Positions 20,279 through 29,173 of a DNA stretch of 64,000 nt are shown here, piece by piece (within the stretch, counting starts at the first letter, position 1; every line of letters begins with the position of its first letter). The stretch spans positions 9,633 through 73,632 of the forward strand of contig JBBIIP010000012.1 of assembly GCA_037446395.1 (NCBI GenBank), in the 5' to 3' direction. The notes beneath the pieces were generated by a model. The model was given only the letters and a program-made list of their open reading frames with translations. It searched no databases and was not told the DNA's origin. A program made the translations under genes and the position numbers. The DNA is from Lentimicrobiaceae bacterium. GTDB lineage: Bacteria > Bacteroidota > Bacteroidia > Bacteroidales > JAAYJT01.

Positions 20279-21904
20279 ATGTCAAAAAAAACATTAACCC
20301 TGATGGCGTTAGCCCTTATATTTTTGGCCGCCTGCACCCATAAAAAACCCTCCGACCCCATGCAAGAAAAAGTTGCCCGTTTTCACCCGGTTGAACTAAA
20401 AGCCGACCTCAGCCAGCTCACTGATAACGAACGCAAAGCCATTGGCCTGTTGATTGATGCCGCCATGATTATAGATGATATTTTCTGGAGCCAGGCCTTT
20501 GATCAAGATAAAGAAACATTTCTGGCCAATCTTCCTGACGAGGCTGCCCGTCAGTTTGCATTGATTAACTATGGTCCCTGGGATCGCCTGGATGGCAACA
20601 AACCTTTTGTTGAAGGGTTCGGCGAAAAACCCAAAAGTGCGAACTTCTATCCAACCGACATGACATCCGAGGAATTCGAAGCTTTCTCTGATCCTGATAA
20701 GGCAAGCCTCTACACGCTGCTGCGACGTGATGAAGGCGGTAAACTAATTTGTATTCCATATTCGGTTGCATATCGCGAAAAGCACGAAAAAGCAGCTGAG
20801 ATGATGCGCCAGGCTGCAGGATTGGTAGATGATGAAGGATTCAAAAAATACATCAACCTGCGAGTCGAAGCCTTACTCACCGATAATTATCAACCAAGCG
20901 ACTTTGCCTGGATGGAAATGAAGACTTCGAAGATTGACTTTGTGGTGGGGCCCATCGAGACTTATGAAGACCGGTTGTTTGGATACAAGGCTGCCCATGA
21001 GTCCTTTGTATTACTGAAAGACCTGGACTGGAGCACACGGCTTGAAAAGTATTCCTCCATGCTGCCCGATCTTCAAAAAGGGCTTCCGGTTGCAGAGGAA
21101 TATAAAAGAGAGCTCCCTGGTTCCGATTCTGACATGAATGTGTATGAAGCATTATACTTTGCCGGCGATTGCAATGCAGGCAGCAAAACCATTGCCATCA
21201 ACCTGCCAAACGACGAAGAAGTGCAAATACAAAAAGGTTCGCGCAAATTGCAGTTAAAGAACGCCATGAAAGCCAAATTCGACAATATCCTGGTTCCCAT
21301 GGCCAGCCTGTTGATTGATCCCGCTCAGCAAAAGCATATTAACTTCGATGCCTTCTTTGAAAACATTACCTTTCACGAAGTTGCACATGGTATGGGAATC
21401 AACACCACGATAAACGGAAAAGGAAGTGTCCGGGAAGCCCTCAAAGAACAATATTCGGCCCTCGAAGAAGCCAAAGCCGATATCATGGGCCTTTACCTTG
21501 TAACAAAGCTTTATGAGTTGGGCGAAATCTCGAGTGGCGAAGTAATGGATAATTATGTAACTTTCTTTGCAGGAATTTTTCGATCAAGTCGTTTTGGTGC
21601 TGCCAGTGCTCATGGCAGGGCCAACATGATGAACCTGAAGTTTTTCGCAAATTCTGGCGCCTTTGTTCTGCAGAAAAACGGAACCTATAAGGTGAATTTC
21701 GAAGAGATGAAAGCAGCCGTTGCCCGTCAGGTCGAACGGATTTTAACCATACAGGGAAACGGTGATTACGACAATGCCAAAAGCCTCCTTGAAACTGATG
21801 GTGTAATGACAGATCAACTTCGAAAAGACCTCGACCGCGTGAACGCAACCGGCATACCTGTTGACATCGTTTTCAAGCAAGGGAAAGAATTGCTAGGGCT
21901 ATAA
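20279..21904 (+). CDS. Exported dipeptidyl-peptidase III (M49)-like zinc metallopeptidase lipoprotein
   Basis: 541 aa. Lipoprotein signal MSKKTLTLMALALIFLAAC. Zinc motifs HEVAH and EEAKAD, compared with canonical M49 HExxGH and EExxAE. Confidence 0.65.
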   Translation: MSKKTLTLMALALIFLAACTHKKPSDPMQEKVARFHPVELKADLSQLTDNERKAIGLLIDAAMIIDDIFWSQAFDQDKETFLANLPDEAARQFALINYGPWDRLDGNKPFVEGFGEKPKSANFYPTDMTSEEFEAFSDPDKASLYTLLRRDEGGKLICIPYSVAYREKHEKAAEMMRQAAGLVDDEGFKKYINLRVEALLTDNYQPSDFAWMEMKTSKIDFVVGPIETYEDRLFGYKAAHESFVLLKDLDWSTRLEKYSSMLPDLQKGLPVAEEYKRELPGSDSDMNVYEALYFAGDCNAGSKTIAINLPNDEEVQIQKGSRKLQLKNAMKAKFDNILVPMASLLIDPAQQKHINFDAFFENITFHEVAHGMGINTTINGKGSVREALKEQYSALEEAKADIMGLYLVTKLYELGEISSGEVMDNYVTFFAGIFRSSRFGAASAHGRANMMNLKFFANSGAFVLQKNGTYKVNFEEMKAAVARQVERILTIQGNGDYDNAKSLLETDGVMTDQLRKDLDRVNATGIPVDIVFKQGKELLGL

Positions 21905-21941
21905 ATGTTACCCCCCAGTGTCATATAAATTATCACCCGTT

Positions 21942-24119
21942 ATGAAAATCAAAAATTCTTTATTTACAATCGTACTTTCGGCAGGCATGTTCTTACACTC
22001 GCAGGCCGACGAAGGAATGTGGGTTCCCATGTTCTTCAAAAACCTGATCCATGCCGACATGCAAAAGATGGGGTTGAAGCTGAGTGCTGATGAACTTTAC
22101 AGCATAAATAACTCCAGCCTGAAAGATGCTATTGTTGGCCTGTCAGGAGGTGGGGCGCCGAATAATTTTTTCTGTTCTGCTGAAATCGTATCTGCCGAAG
22201 GGCTGCTCCTTACCAACCATCATTGCGCCTACGACATGCTTCAAAAGCACAGTTCGGTGAATCTTGATTACCTCACCGATGGTTTCTGGGCAATGGCCAG
22301 AGAAGAGGAATTGCCCAACCCGGGCATCACAGCCAGCATATTGGTAAGAATGGAAGATGTTAGTTCTATCGTGCTCGCCAATATAACTCCCGACATGAGC
22401 GATGCTGATCGTAGTACAGCCATTCGCAAGAGCATCAGCAAATTGAAAGAGGAATACGGCGAAGAAGGTAAATACGATGTCGCGGTTAAATCATTCTTTG
22501 CCGGAAACGAATATTATATGCTGATATATGAAACCTATCGCGATGTGCGACTGGTGGGCGCGCCTCCATCGGCCATCGGCAAATTTGGCGGCGACACCGA
22601 CAACTGGATGTGGCCCCGACATACCGGCGACTTTGCTGTGCTTCGCATCTACACTGCTGCGGATGGCTCGCCCGCCGACTTTGCAAAGGATAATATTCCC
22701 CTAAAGCCCAGGCATCATTTGCCGGTTTCTATCAAAGGCATCGAACGTGAAGATTTTGCAATGATCTGGGGTTTCCCCGGAAACACCCAACGCTACCTCA
22801 CCTCCTATGGGGTTCAATATAACGTTGAGCATTTTCAACCCATTATTGTTCAGTTGCTTGGCAAAAAGCTCGAAATAATGAAAGAGCATATGGATGCGGA
22901 TGCAAAAGTAAAAATCCAGTATGCCTCGTCTTATGCTTCTATCGCAAACAGTTGGAAATATTTTATCGGGCAAACACGTGGCCTGAAAAGGCTAAATGTG
23001 GCCGGGAAAAAACAGAAAATTGAAGAAAACTTCAATCTTTGGCTGGATCAAGACGAAGCACTAAAAGAAAAATACGGCAAAGTCCTTAGCCAGATGCAAC
23101 AAGGATATCAATTGATGCAACAAGAAGTAAGCAATATGATGACCCTTAATCTTGGTGGCCTGGGAAGTGCATCTGCATTGGGTATAAGTGGTAGCGTATC
23201 GGGTTTATACGCACTACTCGAAAAAGACCCTAAAAACCTTGCTGCACTTGCCGAAGCCGTTGAAGAACTTCGGTCAAATCTTGAAGATTATTACAAAGAC
23301 TATGATGATGTCACCGACCGGCATTTGTTTTCCGCTTTCATGTCAGAGATTAATAAATCTCTTGATGGTCAATGGAATCCGGCGTTTTTTGATGATGTGA
23401 TGAGAAAATTCAAGGGCAATTTCAAGGCGTATGCAGACTGGGCTTATACCAATTCTGTCTTTTCGAATCGTCAGGCGTTTGAAAAATTCCTGGCCAAACC
23501 ATCCCTGAAAATCATCAAGCGCGACCCTTTGTATAAAGCACACCAGCAACTGCAGGAACTGGCCATGAAAGCCGCCGGAAGCTTCCGCGCCGGGCAAAGT
23601 ATGGTTGCCCGATCCGAAAGGCTTTGGATAAGCGCTTTGCGCGAGATGCAGCCCGATAAAGTGTTTTTTCCTGATGCTAATTCCACCATCCGAATGACCT
23701 TTGGCCGGGTGCTTGATTATTATCCTGCCGATGCCATTCATTTTGATTACAAAACTACACTCAAAGGGGTAATGGAAAAAGAAGACCCATCGAATGAGGA
23801 GTTTGTCGTTCCTTCAAAGCTTAAAGAGTTGTATCAAACGAAAGATTTCGGACAGTACAGCGCAGACGGCAACCTCTGCGTTGGGTTTATTACCAACCAC
23901 GACATTACTGGTGGCAACTCAGGAAGTGGGGTAACCAATGGCGAAGGCCATTTAATTGGCATTGCTTTCGACGGAAATTGGGAGGCAATGAGTGGTGATA
24001 TAGCTTTTGAAACCGACCTACAACGCACCATTAGCGTTGACATTCGCTATGTGCTTTTCATCATTGATAAATTTGCCGGCGCAACCCACCTGATCAACGA
24101 AATGACCATTGTGAAGTAG
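21942..24119 (+). CDS. S46 family dipeptidyl-peptidase (DPP7/DPP11-like)
   Basis: Signal peptide followed by DEGMW. Catalytic His TNHHC and catalytic Ser GGNSGS. Start trimmed from the GTG at 21918 to the ATG at 21942 (MKIKNSLF). Confidence 0.92.
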   Translation: MKIKNSLFTIVLSAGMFLHSQADEGMWVPMFFKNLIHADMQKMGLKLSADELYSINNSSLKDAIVGLSGGGAPNNFFCSAEIVSAEGLLLTNHHCAYDMLQKHSSVNLDYLTDGFWAMAREEELPNPGITASILVRMEDVSSIVLANITPDMSDADRSTAIRKSISKLKEEYGEEGKYDVAVKSFFAGNEYYMLIYETYRDVRLVGAPPSAIGKFGGDTDNWMWPRHTGDFAVLRIYTAADGSPADFAKDNIPLKPRHHLPVSIKGIEREDFAMIWGFPGNTQRYLTSYGVQYNVEHFQPIIVQLLGKKLEIMKEHMDADAKVKIQYASSYASIANSWKYFIGQTRGLKRLNVAGKKQKIEENFNLWLDQDEALKEKYGKVLSQMQQGYQLMQQEVSNMMTLNLGGLGSASALGISGSVSGLYALLEKDPKNLAALAEAVEELRSNLEDYYKDYDDVTDRHLFSAFMSEINKSLDGQWNPAFFDDVMRKFKGNFKAYADWAYTNSVFSNRQAFEKFLAKPSLKIIKRDPLYKAHQQLQELAMKAAGSFRAGQSMVARSERLWISALREMQPDKVFFPDANSTIRMTFGRVLDYYPADAIHFDYKTTLKGVMEKEDPSNEEFVVPSKLKELYQTKDFGQYSADGNLCVGFITNHDITGGNSGSGVTNGEGHLIGIAFDGNWEAMSGDIAFETDLQRTISVDIRYVLFIIDKFAGATHLINEMTIVK

Positions 24120-24152
24120 CGTTGGAATGCATTTCGATAATAATCCTATTGA

Positions 24153-25853
24153 CTAACGAACAAGGGTGATTTTTCGGCTGCTTGAATGTTCATCGCTGAT
24201 TATGCGTATCATATAAGTTCCGGGGGGTATTCTTCCCATCGTTCCATTACCGCTCCACTGGATGGTATGTATTCCGGAATTCATTGCTTTATTGATCAGT
24301 GTAGTAATCTTTTGACCATGAAGATTATAGATGTTAATAGTAATTCCTGTGGGAGCGGCAAGCTGAAACTCGATATTCACATTCTGGCTGGCCGGGTTGG
24401 GATAAATTTTAATTTCGGGCTGAAGATAAGTCAAAGATTGATTTCCGGTAGAGTTTACAACCTTGAACGATCGTGCACCTGCAGCCCCGATCATCGGCCA
24501 GGTTTCGCGGCGATTTGATTGGTCGGCAGCGAAAATATAATAAGTAATAATGGTATCGCTTGCTGCAACCGGAATAGAAGCATTATATGTATTTCCGCTG
24601 ACCAGGTTCATTAAAGCGGTTTTATACCCTCCCTGGTTGGCTTTATAATACACCAACACGGAATCAGTTTTGAGTAACGCGCCACTATAGGGGGTAATTT
24701 TGGCCGAAATATTTAGGAACGGTTGATACTGTATCGTGCCGTTGATAGGGGTATGTGCTATGTGTATCATCCAGCGATCAGCAAGCCCCAATGCCCGGCA
24801 GTGTAATGCATCGGTTGATTGCCAGCTACCCGTAAAACCCAGCACTTCATAACCCGGCATGGCATCCTTATAGGCCTGTATTGCCTGGGCATCGAAAGTG
24901 GAGCTGACTATTGGCACATATACCCTGTTGTTCAGTATCAATGAATTTGTATAAGGCTGAAGATTAGGAGTATATACCCGGTAAACCTTAAAGGGAGTTC
25001 CATAAGCGCTGAGCTGGCTGGCAAAATAGGAGGCTACCTGTTCATAAGCCCAATATCTTGCGTGCGTTGGTGCAACCTGGGCTATTAAGATTTTGTCAAC
25101 ATCTAGGAATTTTCCCCAGCAGTCAATGTGTTTGATATAATCGCCGGGCGGGTCAATGGTAACATGATATGTATGAATGCCTAAGTATTCGAGTACCATT
25201 TGGTTCACGTTAGCGGGATTATTTCCGTTCTCTTCATAAATCAGGTCGGTACTGGCGGCAATGCCAGTGCCATCGCTCATGTAGTTTCCGCCCGCAGTAG
25301 TAAGACTTGTCGAATACGCGGGGATAGAATAATATTGTGCCACCCGGCCGGGGATGGCATTGTCGTTGGGGCGGGGACGGTTGTAGTTGAAATTAATGAT
25401 TGAAACCTGGTTATTGTTCTCGGCAACATACATCGGGCCATAGTCTCGCGTCCAATAAGAATCGGTAGGGGCAATCAAAAACTCGCAATTGCTCATTCTG
25501 GCTCCTGCCAATTGGTACGAATTTGAAGCGGCCGTTTGATTTGATTGGTTAGAAACAAGGGTCAACACCTTCACGTGCTGCGACATGGCAGCCACCAGCG
25601 CCGTTGAGATACCCAGCGGATAGCGGATCAATACCGCCTCCATCCGCTCAAACTCGGAGACATTGCGCGGGTTTCCAGGTGGTGAGGTAACTTTGTGGCC
25701 TTTCCCGATCTCATGCTTCCGCAGAAGCTCCTCGGCGGTCATCCATTGCGGAAGACTGTTGGGGTCGTTCCATTCTGGATATTGTGCAACCACTGCCAGT
25801 TTGTTTAACAAGAGAAATGAAAGGAGAATAATATTTTTATGGATAAGATTCAC
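24153..25853 (-). CDS. Secreted PAD_porph-family deiminase (agmatine/peptidyl-arginine deiminase-like) with a T9SS C-terminal sorting domain
   Basis: 566 aa with a GTG start and a signal peptide. Motifs YWTRDYGP, HIDCW and ALHCRA (Cys nucleophile), followed by an Ig-like region. C-terminus IKIYPNPASQNVNIEF...GTYMIRII...KITLVR is typical of type A T9SS CTDs. Confidence 0.82.
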   Translation of the reverse strand: MNLIHKNIILLSFLLLNKLAVVAQYPEWNDPNSLPQWMTAEELLRKHEIGKGHKVTSPPGNPRNVSEFERMEAVLIRYPLGISTALVAAMSQHVKVLTLVSNQSNQTAASNSYQLAGARMSNCEFLIAPTDSYWTRDYGPMYVAENNNQVSIINFNYNRPRPNDNAIPGRVAQYYSIPAYSTSLTTAGGNYMSDGTGIAASTDLIYEENGNNPANVNQMVLEYLGIHTYHVTIDPPGDYIKHIDCWGKFLDVDKILIAQVAPTHARYWAYEQVASYFASQLSAYGTPFKVYRVYTPNLQPYTNSLILNNRVYVPIVSSTFDAQAIQAYKDAMPGYEVLGFTGSWQSTDALHCRALGLADRWMIHIAHTPINGTIQYQPFLNISAKITPYSGALLKTDSVLVYYKANQGGYKTALMNLVSGNTYNASIPVAASDTIITYYIFAADQSNRRETWPMIGAAGARSFKVVNSTGNQSLTYLQPEIKIYPNPASQNVNIEFQLAAPTGITINIYNLHGQKITTLINKAMNSGIHTIQWSGNGTMGRIPPGTYMIRIISDEHSSSRKITLVR

Positions 25854-25884
25854 GAGGACTAGATTTTAGAGGAGTAAGAGAAGG

Positions 25885-25892
25885 CAAAAGTA
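25885..25892 (-). promoter_or_regulatory. Putative -7 box (TAnnTTTG) for the deiminase gene
   Basis: Minus-strand TACTTTTG, ending 31 nt upstream of the GTG start at 25853. Confidence 0.35.
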
Positions 25893-26044
25893 GTCATTTC
25901 GCCTGAGACTAATGTAAAGCAGCTGGATTCAGATGATGATTGAAGCTTCACTCAATTGTCTGGTCACAAACAAGGGAGGAAATTATCGGTTTATGCAGGC
26001 GAAGGAAGCCAATTTTTCAAGGAGAAATAAATTTTCCAACTATC

Positions 26045-26698
26045 TCAGATCTCCGACATCATGGCTTTCACAATATTATCTGCTCCTTGTGCAATTTGTT
26101 CGATGGTGGCATCGAGCATGTAGCAGGGCGTGGTAAATAACTTGTGCTTTTTATCAGTCACTACTTCGCCGTGTGTTGAGGCTACATGGTTAGCACCCAT
26201 TTCTCCGATTGCTTTTGCCGTTCCGGGGTCCTTCCCTATTGTAACCTGAACATCCCCCAGAACTCTTGCCATCAATACTGGCGAAATACACATCGCTCCA
26301 ATGGGCTTACCAGCCCTGGCCATTGATTTCACCGCCTTTTCAACTGAGTGATTAACCTGGCACGACGCCCCATCAATTGCAAAAGTGCATAGGTTTTTGG
26401 CCACACCAAAGCCTCCGGGGAAAATAATGGCATCAAAGTCATTGGCATCAAAGGCTGACAAATGTTTAATTTTCCCTCGTGCGATGCGTGCCGATTCAAT
26501 AAGAACGTTTCGCTTTTCAAGCATTTCATTGCCATTGAGGTGATTTATTACATGGTGTTGCATTATATCGGGAGCAAAAACCTGATAATCTGCTCCTGCT
26601 TTTCGAATAGCAAGCATCGTTAACACTGCTTCATGGATTTCGGCTCCGTCAAAAACACCGCAACCTGATAATACAACTGCAAACTTTTTCATACGCAT
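26045..26698 (-). CDS. elbB: Isoprenoid biosynthesis glyoxalase ElbB (DJ-1/PfpI superfamily)
   Basis: 217 aa. MKKFAVVLSGCGVFDGAEIHE and nucleophile elbow GAMCISP. Start could be 26698 or 26692. Confidence 0.88.
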   Translation of the reverse strand: MRMKKFAVVLSGCGVFDGAEIHEAVLTMLAIRKAGADYQVFAPDIMQHHVINHLNGNEMLEKRNVLIESARIARGKIKHLSAFDANDFDAIIFPGGFGVAKNLCTFAIDGASCQVNHSVEKAVKSMARAGKPIGAMCISPVLMARVLGDVQVTIGKDPGTAKAIGEMGANHVASTHGEVVTDKKHKLFTTPCYMLDATIEQIAQGADNIVKAMMSEI

Positions 26699-26737
26699 GG
26701 TTTTATTTAAGAAAAAAAGTCATTTGGTCAGAGTACC

Positions 26738-26745
26738 CAAATTTA
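26738..26745 (-). promoter_or_regulatory. Putative -7 box (TAnnTTTG) for elbB
   Basis: Minus-strand TAAATTTG, about 40 nt upstream of the start. Confidence 0.35.
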
Positions 26746-26831
26746 AGAAAAATCCTTTTCAGAATCCTTGTATCAGGGTTTAAATGCTAATTTTAGTGTC
26801 GATAATTACTTTGGCAATTTAACCTATTCTT

Positions 26832-27491
26832 ATGTGTGGCCGTTTTTCACTTACTACAGCTGAAGAGATATTAAATGAGCGTTTCCGGTTGGCCGGAGGT
26901 GCCGAGCCCTATGTTGCCCGCTATAATTGTGCCCCAACCCAGATGCTTGCAGTGGTTTCGAACGCTGAGCCGCATAAAATCAGTTATTACAAATGGGGGC
27001 TGGTGCCTTTCTGGGCCAAAGACCTAAGTATCGGCAATAAGCTCATTAATGCCAGGGCCGAAACAATCCTCGAAAAACCTGCCTTTCGCAATGCGTTTCG
27101 CGCAAGGCGCTGCCTTGTTTTAAGCAACGGTTTTTTTGAATGGAAAAAATCGGAGAAATTAAAGATCCCATATTATATTACCTTGAAAAACCACGAGCCC
27201 TTTGCTATGGCCGGAATATGGGAAATATGGGAAACCCCTGGGGGTGAGAGAATCCATAGTTTTTCAATCATCACAACAGCTGCAAATGATTTAATGAAGC
27301 CATTGCACGATCGCATGCCAGTAATACTGAACCCCGATGATGAATCTGATTGGATCAACCGCGACCATTCTACCGGACCATCACATTTACTCAAGCCTTA
27401 CCCTTCCAATCTTATGAAAGCCACCAGGATATCCGTTTTGGTAAATTCTCCCTACAACGACAATCCGGATATTCTTGTGCCTCAAGAATAG
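26832..27491 (+). CDS. yedK: SOS response-associated peptidase (SRAP/YedK, abasic-site processing)
   Basis: 219 aa. Invariant N-terminus MCGRFS, then YNCAPTQ and FFEW. Confidence 0.92.
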   Translation: MCGRFSLTTAEEILNERFRLAGGAEPYVARYNCAPTQMLAVVSNAEPHKISYYKWGLVPFWAKDLSIGNKLINARAETILEKPAFRNAFRARRCLVLSNGFFEWKKSEKLKIPYYITLKNHEPFAMAGIWEIWETPGGERIHSFSIITTAANDLMKPLHDRMPVILNPDDESDWINRDHSTGPSHLLKPYPSNLMKATRISVLVNSPYNDNPDILVPQE

Positions 27492-27537
27492 AATCAATTC
27501 ATGTGTGATTTTGGAATAATCCCTTAGTGAGCCGACC

Positions 27538-28536
27538 TTAATTTACCATTATATTACAGCCTCGGATCTGGCTATGGTCGAACCTGCCAAGCACTTCAAA
27601 GGTGCCATCTTCATGTTTCCGGCCAAGATCTTGTGTTTCAATAAACGGACAGCTGTAAATGTTGGCCAGGTCAATCACGTTAATGCCTCCGGTTTTATTG
27701 AACCCTTTGAACTGAAAGGGGTCGTTCGGGTCTCTGATTTCCACCCGCATCCAAAGAGGACAGTAATAACGCCCATCCTGCCGGGCATATGCCTGAGAAA
27801 GCAGCTCGGTCATCCCATATTCCGAGTGAATGAAATCAACCCCGAAACGACTACAAAGCAGCTGGTGAAGCTCTTCCCTGACCAACTCTTTTCCTCTCCC
27901 CTTCATGCCTCCTGTTTCCATTACCAGAAAATTCGCAGGGAGGGTAAAATTATATTTCGCCGAAAAATCGAGCAACGCGTAGCTAACCCCTATCAAGATG
28001 GTGGGTTGTGAGGCAGTCATCAATTTTTCAATTGATTTGGCCAGTGCGCCATGATCATACATATAGAACCCATTATCGGGGTGGCCACTGTGCTTCATTA
28101 ATTTATCAAGCATATAAACAAGGCTCGAGTCACTTCGCTCTAAATAGGAAGGAAGCAAAGCAAGAAAACAGTAACCTGAAGGTGTTCCGTATTGTCGCAT
28201 AAAGCCCCTGAGCAGGCTTTGGTTATAAAGGGCCAGGTCTCCAACAAAGTGCATTGATTGCACATCTCCTAGTGTGCCGCTGCTTTTGAAAACAATCTCA
28301 GGTTCGACGTTTTCAATGATGACTTTATGGGTTCGGAAAAGCTCGATCGGCAAAAAGGGGATTTGATGTACTTGATTGATCCCGGATTGTTTTGTGAGTC
28401 CAATCAGTTCACAAAATCGCCTGTAAACAGGATTGTATAACATCTGGAATTGGAATGCCTCCAGGCAAAGTGCTTCAAATTTGCTGCTATCTTCGAGTTC
28501 GAATATTCTGTTTACTTCCTTAAATTCAGGTTTCAT
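27538..28536 (-). CDS. LuxE/PaaK-like adenylate-forming acyl-protein synthetase/acyltransferase
   Basis: 332 aa. P-loop-like KSSGTLGD and METGGMKGRGKE, with a length and pattern typical of the Bacteroidota 'acyl transferase' LuxE family (from memory). Confidence 0.55.
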   Translation of the reverse strand: MKPEFKEVNRIFELEDSSKFEALCLEAFQFQMLYNPVYRRFCELIGLTKQSGINQVHQIPFLPIELFRTHKVIIENVEPEIVFKSSGTLGDVQSMHFVGDLALYNQSLLRGFMRQYGTPSGYCFLALLPSYLERSDSSLVYMLDKLMKHSGHPDNGFYMYDHGALAKSIEKLMTASQPTILIGVSYALLDFSAKYNFTLPANFLVMETGGMKGRGKELVREELHQLLCSRFGVDFIHSEYGMTELLSQAYARQDGRYYCPLWMRVEIRDPNDPFQFKGFNKTGGINVIDLANIYSCPFIETQDLGRKHEDGTFEVLGRFDHSQIRGCNIMVN

Positions 28537-28587
28537 GGATGAAATATCGTAAAACTATAGTAATTTTATGGTTTAAAAGTAAAAGGT

Positions 28588-29076
28588 GTGTCAAAGGCAA
28601 CTATATCTGGCTTATTTGTTTTCTTTCTACTGGCAGTAGGATGTCTGCAGGAGCAAGAGTATCCAATAGAGCCATATATTGAATTTCACAGCTATACAAA
28701 AATAAACAATCAGAATGATACAATTCTCAAACTAAGTCTTCAATTCAGAGATGGCGACGGAGATATCGGCCTCCTTCCAACCGAAACAGTTCCTCCTTAC
28801 GATTATAATTTTTATATTACCTTGCTCAGGCTTAGGGGTACTCAACTGAATCCGCTTCTTGTGAACGGCGAGCCTGTCAGGTACAATAGTCGCATCCCCA
28901 TGATTTCTCCAACTTCACGCAACAAAGCCATTAAAGGGGTGATTGAGTATTCGTTCGATTATTCTATCATGCGGAGCTTTCTGCGCAACGACACCATTTG
29001 TTTCGAGGTCTACATACGCGACCGTGCCCTTCATACAAGCAATGTTGTTAAAACCCCATTGCTGCTTGTTAATTGA
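28588..29076 (+). CDS. Hypothetical lipoprotein
   Basis: 162 aa with a GTG start. Lipobox LLAVGC. No recognisable domain. Confidence 0.5.
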   Translation: MSKATISGLFVFFLLAVGCLQEQEYPIEPYIEFHSYTKINNQNDTILKLSLQFRDGDGDIGLLPTETVPPYDYNFYITLLRLRGTQLNPLLVNGEPVRYNSRIPMISPTSRNKAIKGVIEYSFDYSIMRSFLRNDTICFEVYIRDRALHTSNVVKTPLLLVN

Positions 29077-29122
29077 GCAAGATAATTTTTCGTAATCAAC
29101 CCAAGGGCTGATAAAATTGACC

Positions 29123-29130
29123 TATTTTTG
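29123..29130 (+). promoter_or_regulatory. Putative -7 box (TAnnTTTG) for mrdA-rodA
   Basis: TATTTTTG, ending 43 nt upstream of the ATG at 29174. Confidence 0.35.
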
Positions 29131-29173
29131 CGATTGGAATTTCCAACACTAAACTTGTTGATTATCAATCAAT

